Shown: piece by piece, positions 11,881 through 23,122 of the stretch | Layout: each line of letters begins with the position of its first letter | Position numbering within the stretch: the stretch's first letter is position 1 | Notes under the pieces: generated by a model | What the model was told of the DNA's origin: nothing | Database searches by the model: none | What the model saw: the letters and a program-made list of their open reading frames with translations, nothing else | Assembly: GCF_006345805.1 (NCBI RefSeq) | Contig: NW_021832627.1 | Coordinates: forward strand, 1-30,202 | Source: Octopus sinensis | Lineage: Eukaryota | Length of the DNA stretch: 30,202 bases | Direction of reading: 5' to 3' | Made by a program: the position numbers and the translations under genes

Positions 11881-12253
11881 CTAAACAATACTCTCCTCTC
11901 GCTCTCTTTCTCTCTCTCTCCTCTAATAACTTAATTAAATTTAACTCTCTATAATTATCTACGATGACTATGCGAGAATTTGTATGTGGGTGTGTCTGTG
12001 CGTACAAACAGACATTTATCTGTCCATTTCTAAACTCATACGTATGGATGTGTATGTATGGCCGCGTAAGTGTGTGTATCTGACTGTGTGTATATCAATA
12101 GGAATATGCCACTGCATATGTGTCTGTGTGTGTGTCTGTGTGTGTTTGCATATGTTAGTGCGTGTGTGTATGTGTATGTCTCTCTCTGTATGTATGTGTG
12201 TGTATACATGCATCCCTTTAACCCCCAAGTCAAACACCCCTTCACTATATAGA

Positions 12254-12550
12254 CTAATCTCTATATACTCTCATATATTTCTCATTCGCCCAATAATAGA
12301 CTCTTCCAAGGCCTTCCAAATCTGATTCACTTTCTATTCAAAGATGCAACTGATAACTTCCATTATCCTTTGCCAGGGACTTTCCTGGAAACTTTACTAA
12401 CTCTTCGATCACGAAAATACCAGACACATTTATCTGAGAACTCCATGGTTTCCCAAAAGACTGGTAACGAATAATATCCTCGATTAAGGATATCATGCAT
12501 TTCTGCATTTTCTTTTTTTTGTGCATATTTGTAACCACTCTGCACAGTTC
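12254..12550 (-). pseudogene. Unidentified degraded reading frame (copy A: frameshift and ~90-nt deletion relative to copy B)
   Basis: Paralogue of 21210-21593. No family recognised. Confidence 0.25.
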
Positions 12551-12735
12551 TTTTATTTGTTTCAGCCATTTCACTGCAGCCATGCTGGAGCAATGCCTTT
12601 TTCACCGAACTTATTATTTATAAGACTTGTACTTATTCTATGAGTCTCCTTTGCTGTACCACTAATTTACATGGACGTAAACTCACCAACATCGGTTGTA
12701 AAGCGATGGTGGTGGACAGACACAGACACAAAAAC
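12550..12735 (-). mobile_element. 3' half of CORE-type SINE (family 'B')
   Basis: Reverse complement of the SINE tail ...GCTCCAGCATGGCTGCAGTGAAATGGCTGAAACAAATAAAAGA. The paralogue at 21590-21950 still has the head. Confidence 0.75.
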
Positions 12736-13169
12736 TCACACACCACACACCACACACACACACACACAATACTTATATTATAAATTATAAAATGAATGTT
12801 CTTGAAAAAGGCTAAATGTTTTCTTGCTCCTAATCTGTTATAATTTATGTCCCTCCGCTCAATGATCAACCACACCTTAAACCCATGATACCCAATTTCT
12901 GCACCACATTTTTCTGTTCAAGCCGGTGTTTTAGTGGTAAACCAAACTGAGCAGTCACACTACATACGACCTTTTACATGATTTTCTTTTGTATCAACGC
13001 TAAGGTATAATATATACTTTTATGTGGCTTTGGGGAGTGGCATGAACGGATTTCTTCTATTGTATTATTTGTATTTCATTTCTCGTGTAACGAACAATTC
13101 CTTTAACGAACATGGCTTGGAAAGGATTATGTGGTATATAGAGATGGCACTGGTTTGAGAAGTTTTGAG

Positions 13170-13330
13170 TCGAACTAATTGACCTCTGTACTTAATTTTT
13201 AAGCCTTGTACTTATTTTATTGGAGTATATTGGTGAACCGCTAAGTTACCGGAACGTAAACAACCAACACAGGTCATCAAGCGGTGGGACAAACACTGAC
13301 ACAAAGACACACACACTGATACATACAGAC
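13170..13330 (-). mobile_element. Partial family 'B' SINE (3' half)
   Basis: AAGCCTTGTACTTATT...GAACCGCTAAGTTAC.GG.ACGTAAAC.ACCAACAC matches the reverse complement of the SINE body at 13540-13660. Confidence 0.7.
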
Positions 13331-13344
13331 AGACATATAGAGAC

Positions 13345-13720
13345 ATAGAAGTGGCCGTAGAGCGTAGAGTATGAAACACATGGTTCCGGGTTCAGTCCCG
13401 TTGCGAGACATTTTGGCTGAGTGTCTTCTACTATAGCCAAGGGCCGACCATAGTCTTGTGAGTGGATTTCATAGATGGAAACTCAAATAAGCCCGTCGTA
13501 TGTGTGTGTGTGTATTTGTGTGTCTATATTTGTCCCTCCACCATCATTTGACAACCGATGTTGGTGTGCTTACGTCCCTGTAACATAGCGGTTCTGGAAA
13601 AGAAACTGATAGAATAAGTACTAGGATTACAAAGGTTAAGTCCTAGGGTCGATTTGTTCGACTAAAGGCGGAGCTCCAACATGGCCGCAGTCAAATGACT
13701 GAAACAAGTAAAAGAATAGT
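13345..13720 (+). mobile_element. Near full-length CORE-type SINE (family 'B')
   Basis: B-box GGTTCAGTCCC, core GAGTGTCTTCTACTATAGCC..GGGCCGACC, internal (TG)n, tail AAAGGCGGAGCTCCAACATGGCCGCAGTCAAATGACTGAAACAAGTAAAAGA. Confidence 0.85.
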
Positions 13721-13880
13721 CACGATGGGCTTCTTTCCGTTTCCATCTACCAAATCCACTCCTGAAGATTTTGAGAGTCCAATGGCTACGGTAGAAGACA
13801 TTTATGTAGCGTGCCACGCAGTGGAACTGAACCCGAATCCAAATTTGGAAGCAAGCGTCTTACCACACAGCCGCGCCTAA
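13721..13880 (-). mobile_element. 5' half of family 'B' SINE, opposite orientation to the preceding copy
   Basis: Reverse strand reads AGGCGCGGCTGTGTGGTAAGACGCTTGCTTCC...GGGTTCAGTTCCACTGCGTGGCAC...GGATTTGGTAGATGGAAACGGAAAGAAGCCC. Confidence 0.8.
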
Positions 13881-14032
13881 ACATGCCCCCCTACACAGAT
13901 TCAATCCAAGGAAACACGCATAAGGATGAAACACTCTCCAAGCCGTTCACTTTATAATTTGTTAAAACCATTAACATGGTGTCCATTAGTAGTAGTGATG
14001 CTGTGTTTTGTTTTATTTCTCCTACACATTGA

Positions 14033-14160
14033 TTCCAAATTTTGGCACAACACCAGCAATTTCAGGGGAGGAGTAAGTTGATTACATCGACCCCAGTATA
14101 TAACTGATATTGATTTCATCGACCCCGAAAGGATAAAAAGCAAAGACAACCTCGGCGGAA
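14033..14160 (-). mobile_element. 3' part of family 'A' SINE
   Basis: Reverse strand reads TTCCGCCGAGGTTGTCTTTGCTTTTTATCCTTTCGGGGTCGATGAAAT...CTGGGGTCGATGTAATCAACTTAC...TTGTGCCAAAATTTGGAA. Confidence 0.8.
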
Positions 14161-14293
14161 TATTTCTACTTAATATTTAATATTATTACGTTCATGCATT
14201 TTTGAAATTGGGTGTTAAAACAGAAATTCTTCTATTTGGAGATGGTCGTCTGTTGCCAATGAAACACGCGCAATATATATTTGATATTCACTT

Positions 14294-14370
14294 AATTATT
14301 ATTATTAATATTCTTATTCTTATTGTTGTTGTTGTTATTTTTGTTGTTGTTGTTGTTGTCGTTGTTGTGG
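14294..14370. repeat. (ATT)n/(GTT)n microsatellite
   Basis: Direct inspection. The GTT run matches the first 10 nt of the window, so copy A likely extends leftward beyond the window. Confidence 0.9.
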
Positions 14371-14375
14371 TAGTT

Positions 14376-14798
14376 TTTGGGACGCCTGGTGAAACGCTTA
14401 GAAGTATTTCGTCTGTCCAAAGGCGGCGAGTTGGCAGAAACGTTAGCACGTCGGGCGAAATGCTTAGCAGTATTTCGTCTAGGGTTACGTTCTGAGTTCA
14501 AATTCCGCCGAGGTCGAGATTGCCTTTCATCTTTCGGGGTCGATTAAATAAGTACCTGTTACGCACTGGGGTCGATATAATCGACTTAATCCGTTTGTCT
14601 GTCTGTCCTTGTTTGTCTTCTCTGTGTATAGCCCCTCGTGGGTAGTTAAAAAATATATATTTCATCTCTCACTACGTTCTGATTTCAAATTCCGCCGAGG
14701 TTGACTTTGTCTTTCATCCTTTCAGGGACGATAAATTAAGTACCAATTACACACTGGGTTCGATGTAATGGACTTGTCCTTGTGCTTCCAAAGACAGG
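14376..14798 (+). mobile_element. Stacked family 'A' SINEs (paralogue of 13-376, with an extra SINE head at 14421-14480)
   Basis: AGGCGGCGAGTTGGCAGAAACGTTAGCACGTCGGGCGAAATGCTTAGCAGTATTTCGTCT...GTTCAAATTCCGCCGAGGTCG. Confidence 0.8.

Positions 14799-14884
<86 letters not shown>
14799..14884. repeat. (AAT)n/(ATT)n inverted microsatellite containing a perfect 62-bp palindrome (14799-14860)
   Basis: (AAT)n switches to (ATT)n at the centre 14829/14830. The arms pair perfectly for 31 nt. Confidence 0.9.
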
Positions 14885-14885
<1 letters not shown>

Positions 14886-15134
14886 TGAGGTTTAGCTGGC
14901 AGTATCGTTAGCACTCCGGGCAAAATGCTTGGTAGTATTTCATCCATCATTAGTTTCTGAGTTCAAATTTCCCCGAGGTCTACTTCGCATTTCATCATTT
15001 CGATGTCTATAAATTAAATACCAGTTAAGTACTAGGGGCTATGTAATCGACTAACTCACCCCCCCAAAATATTTCAGGCCTTGTGCCTATAGTAGGAACG
15101 ACTGTTATTATTGTTGTAGTTGTTGTTATTATTA

Positions 15135-15175
<41 letters not shown>

Positions 15176-15199
15176 TATCATTATTATTATTATTATTAA

Positions 15200-15243
<44 letters not shown>
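14886..15243 (+). mobile_element. Family 'A' SINE with long uninterrupted (ATT)n-rich tail (empty site for the 666-2374 insertion)
   Basis: Matches 424-640. The tail at 15101-15243 joins directly to the flank that follows 2433 in copy A. Confidence 0.85.
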
Positions 15244-15669
15244 GTTTATTTAAATTCTTTCGTCTCACATACTGTGATCTCCTCAGCGACTCTCTGCTAC
15301 ACCTATTTCTTCTTATCCCGCTTATTCCGTATTAAAAATTACATTGAAAGTGTACTTAATTACTGTTTGTCAAGTGGATTGTTTATCAAATAATTTATAC
15401 TCGGAACAATTGTACATATATCCCTGGTTAAAACGGAATTTCCCACTTGGTGTGGCTCCTTGTTTTAGTAATTGTCTGCAAGTGCTATGATACTTGTGAA
15501 GCTTACTTTCAACGACGCAAATGTCTCGTTTTCACAAATATAAGTTGATGGTTGCATGAAAAATTCGGACAAGCTGAAGTAGACAGGGTGGGTAGCGCAG
15601 GTCGGTGGCGGGTGTTGAACCCCTTATTGGTGAGAGGAGGAAAAAAGACGAATGAATATGAATACACGC

Positions 15670-15742
15670 ACATACAAACACACACACACAACGCACACAC
15701 ACACACAAACACATATATATATATATATATATATACATATAT

Positions 15743-15795
<53 letters not shown>

Positions 15796-16031
15796 GTGGA
15801 GAGAGAGAGACTTTTAGTGGGGCAAACAGATCGAACCGTCTCAAGTGTAACTGTCCGAGTTGGTCGTGTCTTGTGGACTTGACTGAGGAAAGAAAGCCAC
15901 GAATGGGCCGTCTATTTTTGCCTGTCCTTCTAATCGTTGTTTCTCCTGTCCGCTTTCTATTGTCTATCTGTCCGAATCATTTATTGGCCACTATTGCGTT
16001 CCTTTACCATTTATATATATATTATATATAT

Positions 16032-16079
<48 letters not shown>

Positions 16080-16085
16080 TATACA
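15670..16085. repeat. Compound (CA)n/(TA)n/(GA)n microsatellite region
   Basis: Direct inspection. Paralogous to 2650-3650. Confidence 0.9.
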
Positions 16086-17873
16086 CAGGTGTGTATGATT
16101 GTGTATAGAAGAATATATTACTGAAAGAAATTCCAACTTTGATTTTTATGATTTATTTACAATCTTATAATAATATATGATAAGATAAGATAACATAATG
16201 AAGCGATAGAATATCAAATATCCACTCTGATTGAACAAGTACTTTCATGCATTCTTCAAGTTGTATAAAAATAGTTATTGTCTGCATCATTCGAAAGAGA
16301 AATGAATTCTGCATAAGGTGTAAAAGATAGAGGTAATTTGTATTGTCTTAGTAACAAAATATTTTGTGAGAAATAGGACTATTATCATCGGTCTTAGATT
16401 TACTTTCGCCTGTGTAGATATGTGTGTGTATAAATATTAATTTTAAATCTTAACAGGAAAGTAGCAAAAATTGATTCACCTCGATAATGCCGGCTCCAAA
16501 TATGACTTCAGTTTTAATTTTTTACACAAATTAGACAAGGTTTATCCACTTATCTGAATATTCTATTACCTCATGACAGTTTATTGTATCATTTTGCGAC
16601 TTGTATCGGATAAGAATACTGACCGAAGTACACATTTGTTATAACCCGTTATGTGTGGGGTTTTTTAACGGCAGTGTCAGTATTTTCTGTCGATGTATGG
16701 GATTCGCTGAACTTTAATATCCGGAATTTCCAGAAATTCACCATTCCTACACGACGCAAAGTAATATGAGATGAGGTGTTTTGCTTAAGAACGCAATACA
16801 AGTCCCTTTACGAGAATTGAAACCGAGATCTCGCTATCGTGAATTCAGCACCATTAGCAGCGTGGACACCAATTATATTATTGAACATGGTACATGACAT
16901 ATGTAGGCGTGACAGCATGCCAGAAATCCTTCTTATTTACTAGGCGTTTTCCTGAAGCAACACCCATTGAATTATCATGGATCCCGAAAAAGATCTGAGC
17001 GTTACTCCTAAGAGATGTCTCTTGTCAGCTAACGATATGGCGTTGTATCATGTAATGATAGAAAGTCTGACGCAGAAAATTGCGTTGTTTGATGTGGTGA
17101 TACAGTCTGAGAACGAGGCCAATTTTAGGTACATATTTTTTTGTTTTTTTGTGTGTTTTACTTAGGGTGTTGTTGTCGACGTTGTTGTTTGCCCTGACTG
17201 ATCGTAATTTTACACAAAGGCATTCCAACTATAACCAACTAATTTTTTTTATTCCAACATTAGCAACCATGTCCTCCATTGTGTAAAATAAAAGCGTGTG
17301 ATTGGAAAGAGATTTCGCAGCTATTTCCAGGTGTTTGATGGAAAACATTATAAACATATCTGCGTCACAAGCCAATGTTTCCTGATTGAGTAAAGCTATG
17401 ATCAGAGGACATCCAGTTGTCATCTTCCCATCCATTTAGTTATATAGCATTGTCTCCGGTCTCTAGGTGAGCAGGGTTTTCCCTGAATTCAATTGCTTAA
17501 GTACACATGCAACCAAAAACCCATAGGACACTTGTGTGTATACCACTAAATACATGCTTCCACCACCTCAGATCTGAATGCTTCGTCACCTTCCCATCCC
17601 CGCAGGACTTTCGAATGAAAAAATAAGTCGTTCGCTTAAAAAATATAGAGATTAAATTAAAAATATAATATTAAACAAGAATATCCAAGCAAAATAGTCG
17701 GCAATGCCTGTACACAATGCCTGTACACAAATTTACAAATTGCTTTTCAGCGTTTCTGTCGGCTATTCGCGTTCTGAGTTCCTTTCCCACCGAAGTCCCC
17801 TTTGCCTTTCATGTGTTTGTAAGTGTACCTGTGCATGTTTGTGCATGTGAATGTGTGCAATTATGTACGTTTG

Positions 17874-17950
<77 letters not shown>

Positions 17951-17959
17951 ATATATATA

Positions 17960-18225
17960 GGCTTTGGAGTGTCTGTGTGGTAAGTAGCTTGTTTACCAAT
18001 CACATGGTTCCTGGTTCAGTCCCACAGCGTTGCACTTTAGGCAAGTGTCTTTTACTATAGCCTCGGGTCGACCAAAGCCCTGTGAGTGGATTTGGTAAAC
18101 AGAAACTGAAAGAAGCCCCTCGTATATATGTATATATATATATATATATATATAAATGTGTGTGTGTGTGTGTATATATGTTTGTATGTGTGATTTTATT
18201 GGTCACTTTTGCCGATCCGCTATGT
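17960..18225 (+). mobile_element. CORE-type SINE (family 'B') with intact head
   Basis: GTGTCTGTGTGGTAAGTAGCTTGTTTACCAATCACATGGTTCCTGGTTCAGTCCCACAGCGTTGCACTTTAGGCAAGTGTCTTTTACTATAGCCTCGGGTCGACC. The TTAGGCAAGTGTCTT segment resembles the CORE-SINE domain. Confidence 0.8.
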
Positions 18226-19319
18226 TATTTTTGCTTGGAACCAAATGCTCACCGAAAAATGATCGTCAGGAACAACGTTATTTTATTAAGTCTCATATTT
18301 ATAGAAAGATAGAGAGAGAGGGAAAAAATAAATCATATATATGTGTGTGTATATATAAATGTAAAATCTTAAAAGAAAAGTAAGAAAATTATTTACCTTT
18401 ATAACGCCGGCTCCAAATATTACTTCAGTTTGGATTTTTAACAGAAATTAAATCAATTTTATCCACTTATCTAAATATTCTATTTTTGTCCAACGTTCCA
18501 GGTGCTATCCGATAAGCATACTGAATGAAATACCCTGTTTGTAATTCTCCTTTCTTTTTTAAACGAGAGTGGCAGTATTTTCCCTTGATGTATGTGATTG
18601 GCTGAAATTCTTTAATATCCGGAAAATAAAACTATTTTCCAGCTACTCACCATTCCTACACGTCAAGTGTTGAAATGGTCGCTGTGTAACATGAGACGAA
18701 GTGTCTTGCGCGCCATACATCTCTCGGTCCTGTATTTGAAATCACGAGCTTGTTATCGTGTGTAGCACCCTTAACTACGGTTTCATGTGTCCTCGACTTC
18801 TATTATATTACCAAAATTTTATTTTTCATATGTCCTGGCAACACCCATTCTTATCTACTTGACGCTTTTCTAAAACAAACGCCATTGTTTTTATCGATTA
18901 TTGGGATGGCCATATCTGCTCAAAGATACGACCTCATCTCTCGAGTTACTAAAATGCAAACCCGACGAATATTCCTCGTTTCCCAGAATATATTTCAGTT
19001 GCTTGTAAAGAATGCTTGTTGTTCACTGATGACAAGAATATGATCATAGGCGTTTCGGTTATGATTATCCCGTCGATTTCCTTATATCGCAAAGTGTGTT
19101 GTGTTCTTTCCGTGGTTAAGACGGTAGGGTGTGAGACAATGGAATATCATTGTCTCACATGCTTACGACAGGGCTGATAGCGCAAATGATCCAGTAATAG
19201 GCATTCATTAGTCCTGAAACCTACATCTACAATAATTATTGTATGACATCAGAGGACGTGGATGTTAATATTCATAGATATCTCCGAAATATAAGTCCGA
19301 CCTCACTATCAAGATGTTG

Positions 19320-20855
19320 CTTAGAAACTCTGTCTCCCTTTTCAGATTCCTTTCAGCAACCATAACCATGTCTCAATATTACTATTTCCTGCAACTATCT
19401 TTGCCAATCGACCATGCAAAACATTCTCATGTCAGTTTCTCCCTTATTTTTCTGGTTTTAATTTCATATGGCTTTTTCCTTTCCTATCTGCTACTATAAC
19501 TCTTGCAAATCATAGATTTTCTTCACTATTATATATATCAACTCTGGCTATCTCTACGCTACCTTCTGGTTATATTAAACCTCTTCCACTTTCGTTATTC
19601 TAAGTAAGTGCAATGTTGCTCTTCCTAATCGAGGCTGAAGTCCTCCATTCATATTGAATTCCTTCCTTGTTCTTCTGTCTAGATTTGGTAATTCAGATTT
19701 TTTCAAATCAACAAATTCTGCTGAAAACCGAAGTAACCATACTTCCCAAAGTTTTTACAACCTTTACTAGATTTAGAACACTTAGCTTTCCCTTCATTAG
19801 CTTCTTCACCCTTCCGATGTACTCCTTATCTATTTTTGTTTTTAGTTCTATTGTTAGTACACTGTCAGATTCTAATACTCCGAAGCACTTATGATTCTCT
19901 TCCTTCAGTGATTTTACTCTCTTGCTATCTGGCCTTCACTGCTGACTACCTGTCCCTTTTTTATGACTGATGTTGCGCACATATCTATGCCAAATTCCAT
20001 GCCTATATCTTTGCTGCAGAGTCTTCTAATTCGTATTAAGGAACCAAAAGGCTTCTAATCGTCCATCTTGAGCAAATGATTAATATTCCCTTTATCATCT
20101 CTAAACTGATACCCTGCTTCTGCCTTTCTTAGTACTAAACTGACGACAGTTAAGCATAACACATATATTAATGGGGATAACGTGTCTCCCTGGAGAATTC
20201 TTCGCCCGATATTAACATTTCCTAAGGCAGTGTCACCTGTTTCCGATTCTTTGCACTATTGCTGTAAAATAATTAAGTCTCTGGTATTGTCTGCAATACT
20301 GAATATACTCAAACATTTACTTATCCGTGAGTGTTGCATCATGTCTATTTTGGCTTTTATCTAGTTAGTTATGAATGCCTGACCGTGTGCAGTTGCTTAC
20401 AAACTGTGTCTCCCGTTTCATTTTCCTTTCTGAAACCATATTAGTCTGTAACTGTCTCTTTCTGTACCCTTTCTGTTCCACTGGCTCTTTGTAATTTATT
20501 TCCTGGAAATTATACACCTAATTAGATTTTATTCCTTTCAACAACTTCCACATGAGGGGCAGACAGGTGATAGGCCGGTGATTATCCACTGCATTGCTTT
20601 GTTGGGATTCTTTTGGCAAAGAATTGTTTTACTTGTGGTCAGCCTCTTTTGGATTTGTACTCCGTTGTTGATAATTTATATATTTGCTTGGCTATTCTTC
20701 TGTGTAGTGATGGGGAAATTTTCAGCCAATATCCTTGTACCCTATCCAGTCCTGGGTATTTCCAGTTTGGCGATTTAATCACTCTGGCCCACATTGGTAG
20801 ACAAATATACAATGAGGTGACTGGCGTTGTTGCATCTGCTTTTTCTCATCCTTAA
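19320..20855 (-). pseudogene. Paralogue of the old R4/Dong RT remnant, with an extra ~200-nt internal deletion
   Basis: Collinear with 10100-11880. The segment equivalent to about 11150-11355 is absent at about 20345. Confidence 0.85.
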
Positions 20856-21209
20856 TTACTAAACAATCCTCTCCTCTCTCTCCTCTACTGACCTAATTTA
20901 ATTTAACTCTCTATACTTATATACGATGACTATGCGAGAAATTGTATGTGGGTGTGTCTGTGCGTGCAAACATACATTTATCTGTCCATCTCTAAACTCA
21001 TACGTATGCATGTGTATGTATGGCCGCGTAATTGTGTGTATCTGACTGCGTGTATATCAATGGGAATATGCCACTGCATGTATGTGTGTGTGCGTCTGTG
21101 TGTGCATATGTTAGTGCGTGTGTATATATGTATGTCTCTATCCGTATGCATGTATGTGTATACATGCATCCCCTTAACCCCCAAGTCAAACACCCCTTCA
21201 CTATATAGA

Positions 21210-21593
21210 CTAATCTCTATATACTCTCATATATTTCTCATTCGCCCAATAATAGACTCTTCCAAGGCCTTCCAAATCTGATTCACCTTCTATTCAAAGA
21301 TGCAACTGTTAACTTCCATTATCCTTTGCCAGGGACTTTCCTGGAAACTTTACTAACTCTTCGATCACGAAAATACCAACACATTTATCTGAGAACTCCA
21401 TGGTTTCCCAAAAGACTGGTAACGAATAATATCCTCGATAAAGGATATTATGCATTTCTGCATTTTCTTCTTCTTTCTCCAATAACGGAATGATTTGCTC
21501 AGATGGAATTCTTTACTCAATAACATGCTTAGCTATTCTAGAAACAGCTATAAGAGACTTTGTGCATATTTGTAACCACTCTGCACAGTTCTT
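21210..21593 (-). pseudogene. Unidentified degraded reading frame of 128 codons with three internal stops
   Basis: KNCAEWLQICTKSLIAVSRIAKHVIE*RIPSEQIIPLLEKEEENAEMHNILYRGYYSLPVFWETMEFSDKCVGIFVIEELVKFPGKSLAKDNGS*QLHL*IEGESDLEGLGRVYYWANEKYMRVYRD*. The second stop is TAT (Tyr) in copy A. No family recognised. Confidence 0.3.
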
Positions 21594-21950
21594 TTATTTG
21601 TTTCAGCCATTTTACTGCGGCCATGCTGTAGCACCACCTTTTTAATCGAACTTATTTGTAAGCCTTGTACTTATTCTATGAGTCTTCTTTGCTGAACCAC
21701 TAAATTACGGGGACGTAAACTCACCAACATCGGTTGTCAAGCGATGGTCGGGGACAAACATAGACACTCAAACTCACACACACATCCACATGATGGGCTT
21801 CTTTCAGTTTCCGTCTTCCAGATCCACTAACAAGGCTTTGGTCGGCCCGAGGTTATAGTAGAACGCATTTACCAAGACGCCACGCAATGGGACTGAACCC
21901 CGAACCATGTGGTTAGTAAGCACTCTACTTACTAAACAGCTACTCATGCA
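21590..21950 (-). mobile_element. CORE-type SINE (family 'B'), near full length
   Basis: Reverse strand has head ...CACATGGTTCGGGTTCAGTCCCATTGCGTGGCGTCTTGGTAAATG...TATAACCTCGGGCCGACCAAAGCCTTG and tail GGTGCTACAGCATGGCCGCAG. Confidence 0.8.
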
Positions 21951-22247
21951 CTCACACTTATATTATAAATTATAAAATGAATGTTCTTGAATAACGCTAA
22001 ATATTTTGCTTGATCATTATCTGTTATAATTTATGTCCCTCCGCTCAATGATAAACCACTTCATATCACCTTTCATACGCAATTTCTCCACCACATTTTT
22101 CTGTTTCAGCCGGTGTTTTAGTTGTAAACCAAACTGAGCAGTCACACTACATACGGCCTTTTACATGATTTTCTTTTGTATCAACGCTAAGGTATAATGT
22201 ATACTTTTATGTGGCTTTGGGGAGGGCATGGAACACATTTCTTCTAT

Positions 22248-22465
22248 TTGTACAGTTAAAAAGTTAAGTTGTACAGTTAAAAAGTATAGAGCTTAAATTA
22301 AAAAGATAATATTAAACAAGAATATCCAAGCAAAATAGTCGGCAATGCCTGTACACAATGCCTGTACACAAATTTACAAATTGCTTTGCAGCGCTTCTGT
22401 CGGCTATTCGCGTGCTAAAATCCAATTAGTTGACTGTCCCCTTCTCCCACAGAAACACAACCCTC
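22248..22465. repeat. Third, partial copy of the duplicated unit (matches 5213-5460 and 17625-17810)
   Basis: TTGTACAGTTAAAAAGTATAGAGCTTAAATT...AATGCCTGTACACAATGCCTGTACAC...GCGCTTCTGTCGG is shared with 5213-5350, including the 13-nt tandem duplication AATGCCTGTACAC. Confidence 0.9.
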
Positions 22466-22604
22466 CCCCCAACATAACTGGACAACAGGATGTTCATTGA
22501 AGCGTTAATTGGCTGTGGCTGCAAATGAAATTAAAATGAATTTAAAATGCCTTACCATTCCGCCAATTCGACGCCAGCCAACTGACCATTCCAAATACGA
22601 TAAA

Positions 22605-22783
22605 CAAGTGCATATACACACACATACATGTATACATACATACATACATGCATGCATACACAGGCGTATACACACATGTATGCATACACACACACATACA
22701 TACGTATATATATATGACGAACTAATTCTTATTTTCTCAGAGGCAGCTCAGATTTTTGTCAATGAAAAGCGACTATATCTCCG

Positions 22784-22825
<42 letters not shown>

Positions 22826-22842
22826 TTGATAATGATGAAGAA

Positions 22843-22880
<38 letters not shown>

Positions 22881-23000
22881 TAGAGAGAGAGAGAGACAGA
22901 CAGACAGATAGAGAGAGAGAGAGAGAGAGATACGCAAATATATATATATATAAATGTATATATATATATTTGTGTGTGTGTGTGTATGTGCGCGTATATA

Positions 23001-23042
<42 letters not shown>

Positions 23043-23045
23043 TGG
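22605..23045. repeat. Compound (CA)n/(TACA)n/(TA)n/(GA)n/(TG)n microsatellite region
   Basis: Direct inspection. Confidence 0.9.
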
Positions 23046-23122
23046 CTGCTATTTTTAGCAAGTTAAAATTACCTGTTAAAGGGTAATATTCTATTTTGAA
23101 ATATATAAACATATATATGTGT

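Larger units (their letters stand above)
14376..22250. repeat. Segmental duplication, copy B (direct orientation)
   Basis: Same order and orientation of unique and repeat blocks as copy A. It lacks the 666-2374 retroelement and about 3.1 kb of copy A (about 5880-9015). Similarity ends at ...GGCTTTGGGGAG...ATTTCTTCTATT(T)GTA. Confidence 0.95.

Noticed and set aside
14202-15335. Poly-Ile, poly-Val and poly-Asn ORFs resembling membrane or low-complexity proteins
   Set aside because: Translations of (ATT)n and (GTT)n tracts and SINE sequence. The same applies to 609-806 and 2253-2579.
17025-17435. Two abutting in-frame minus-strand ORFs (68 + 67 aa) suggesting a read-through protein
   Set aside because: The paralogue at 4610-5020 has additional stops in the same frame, and no motif is recognisable.
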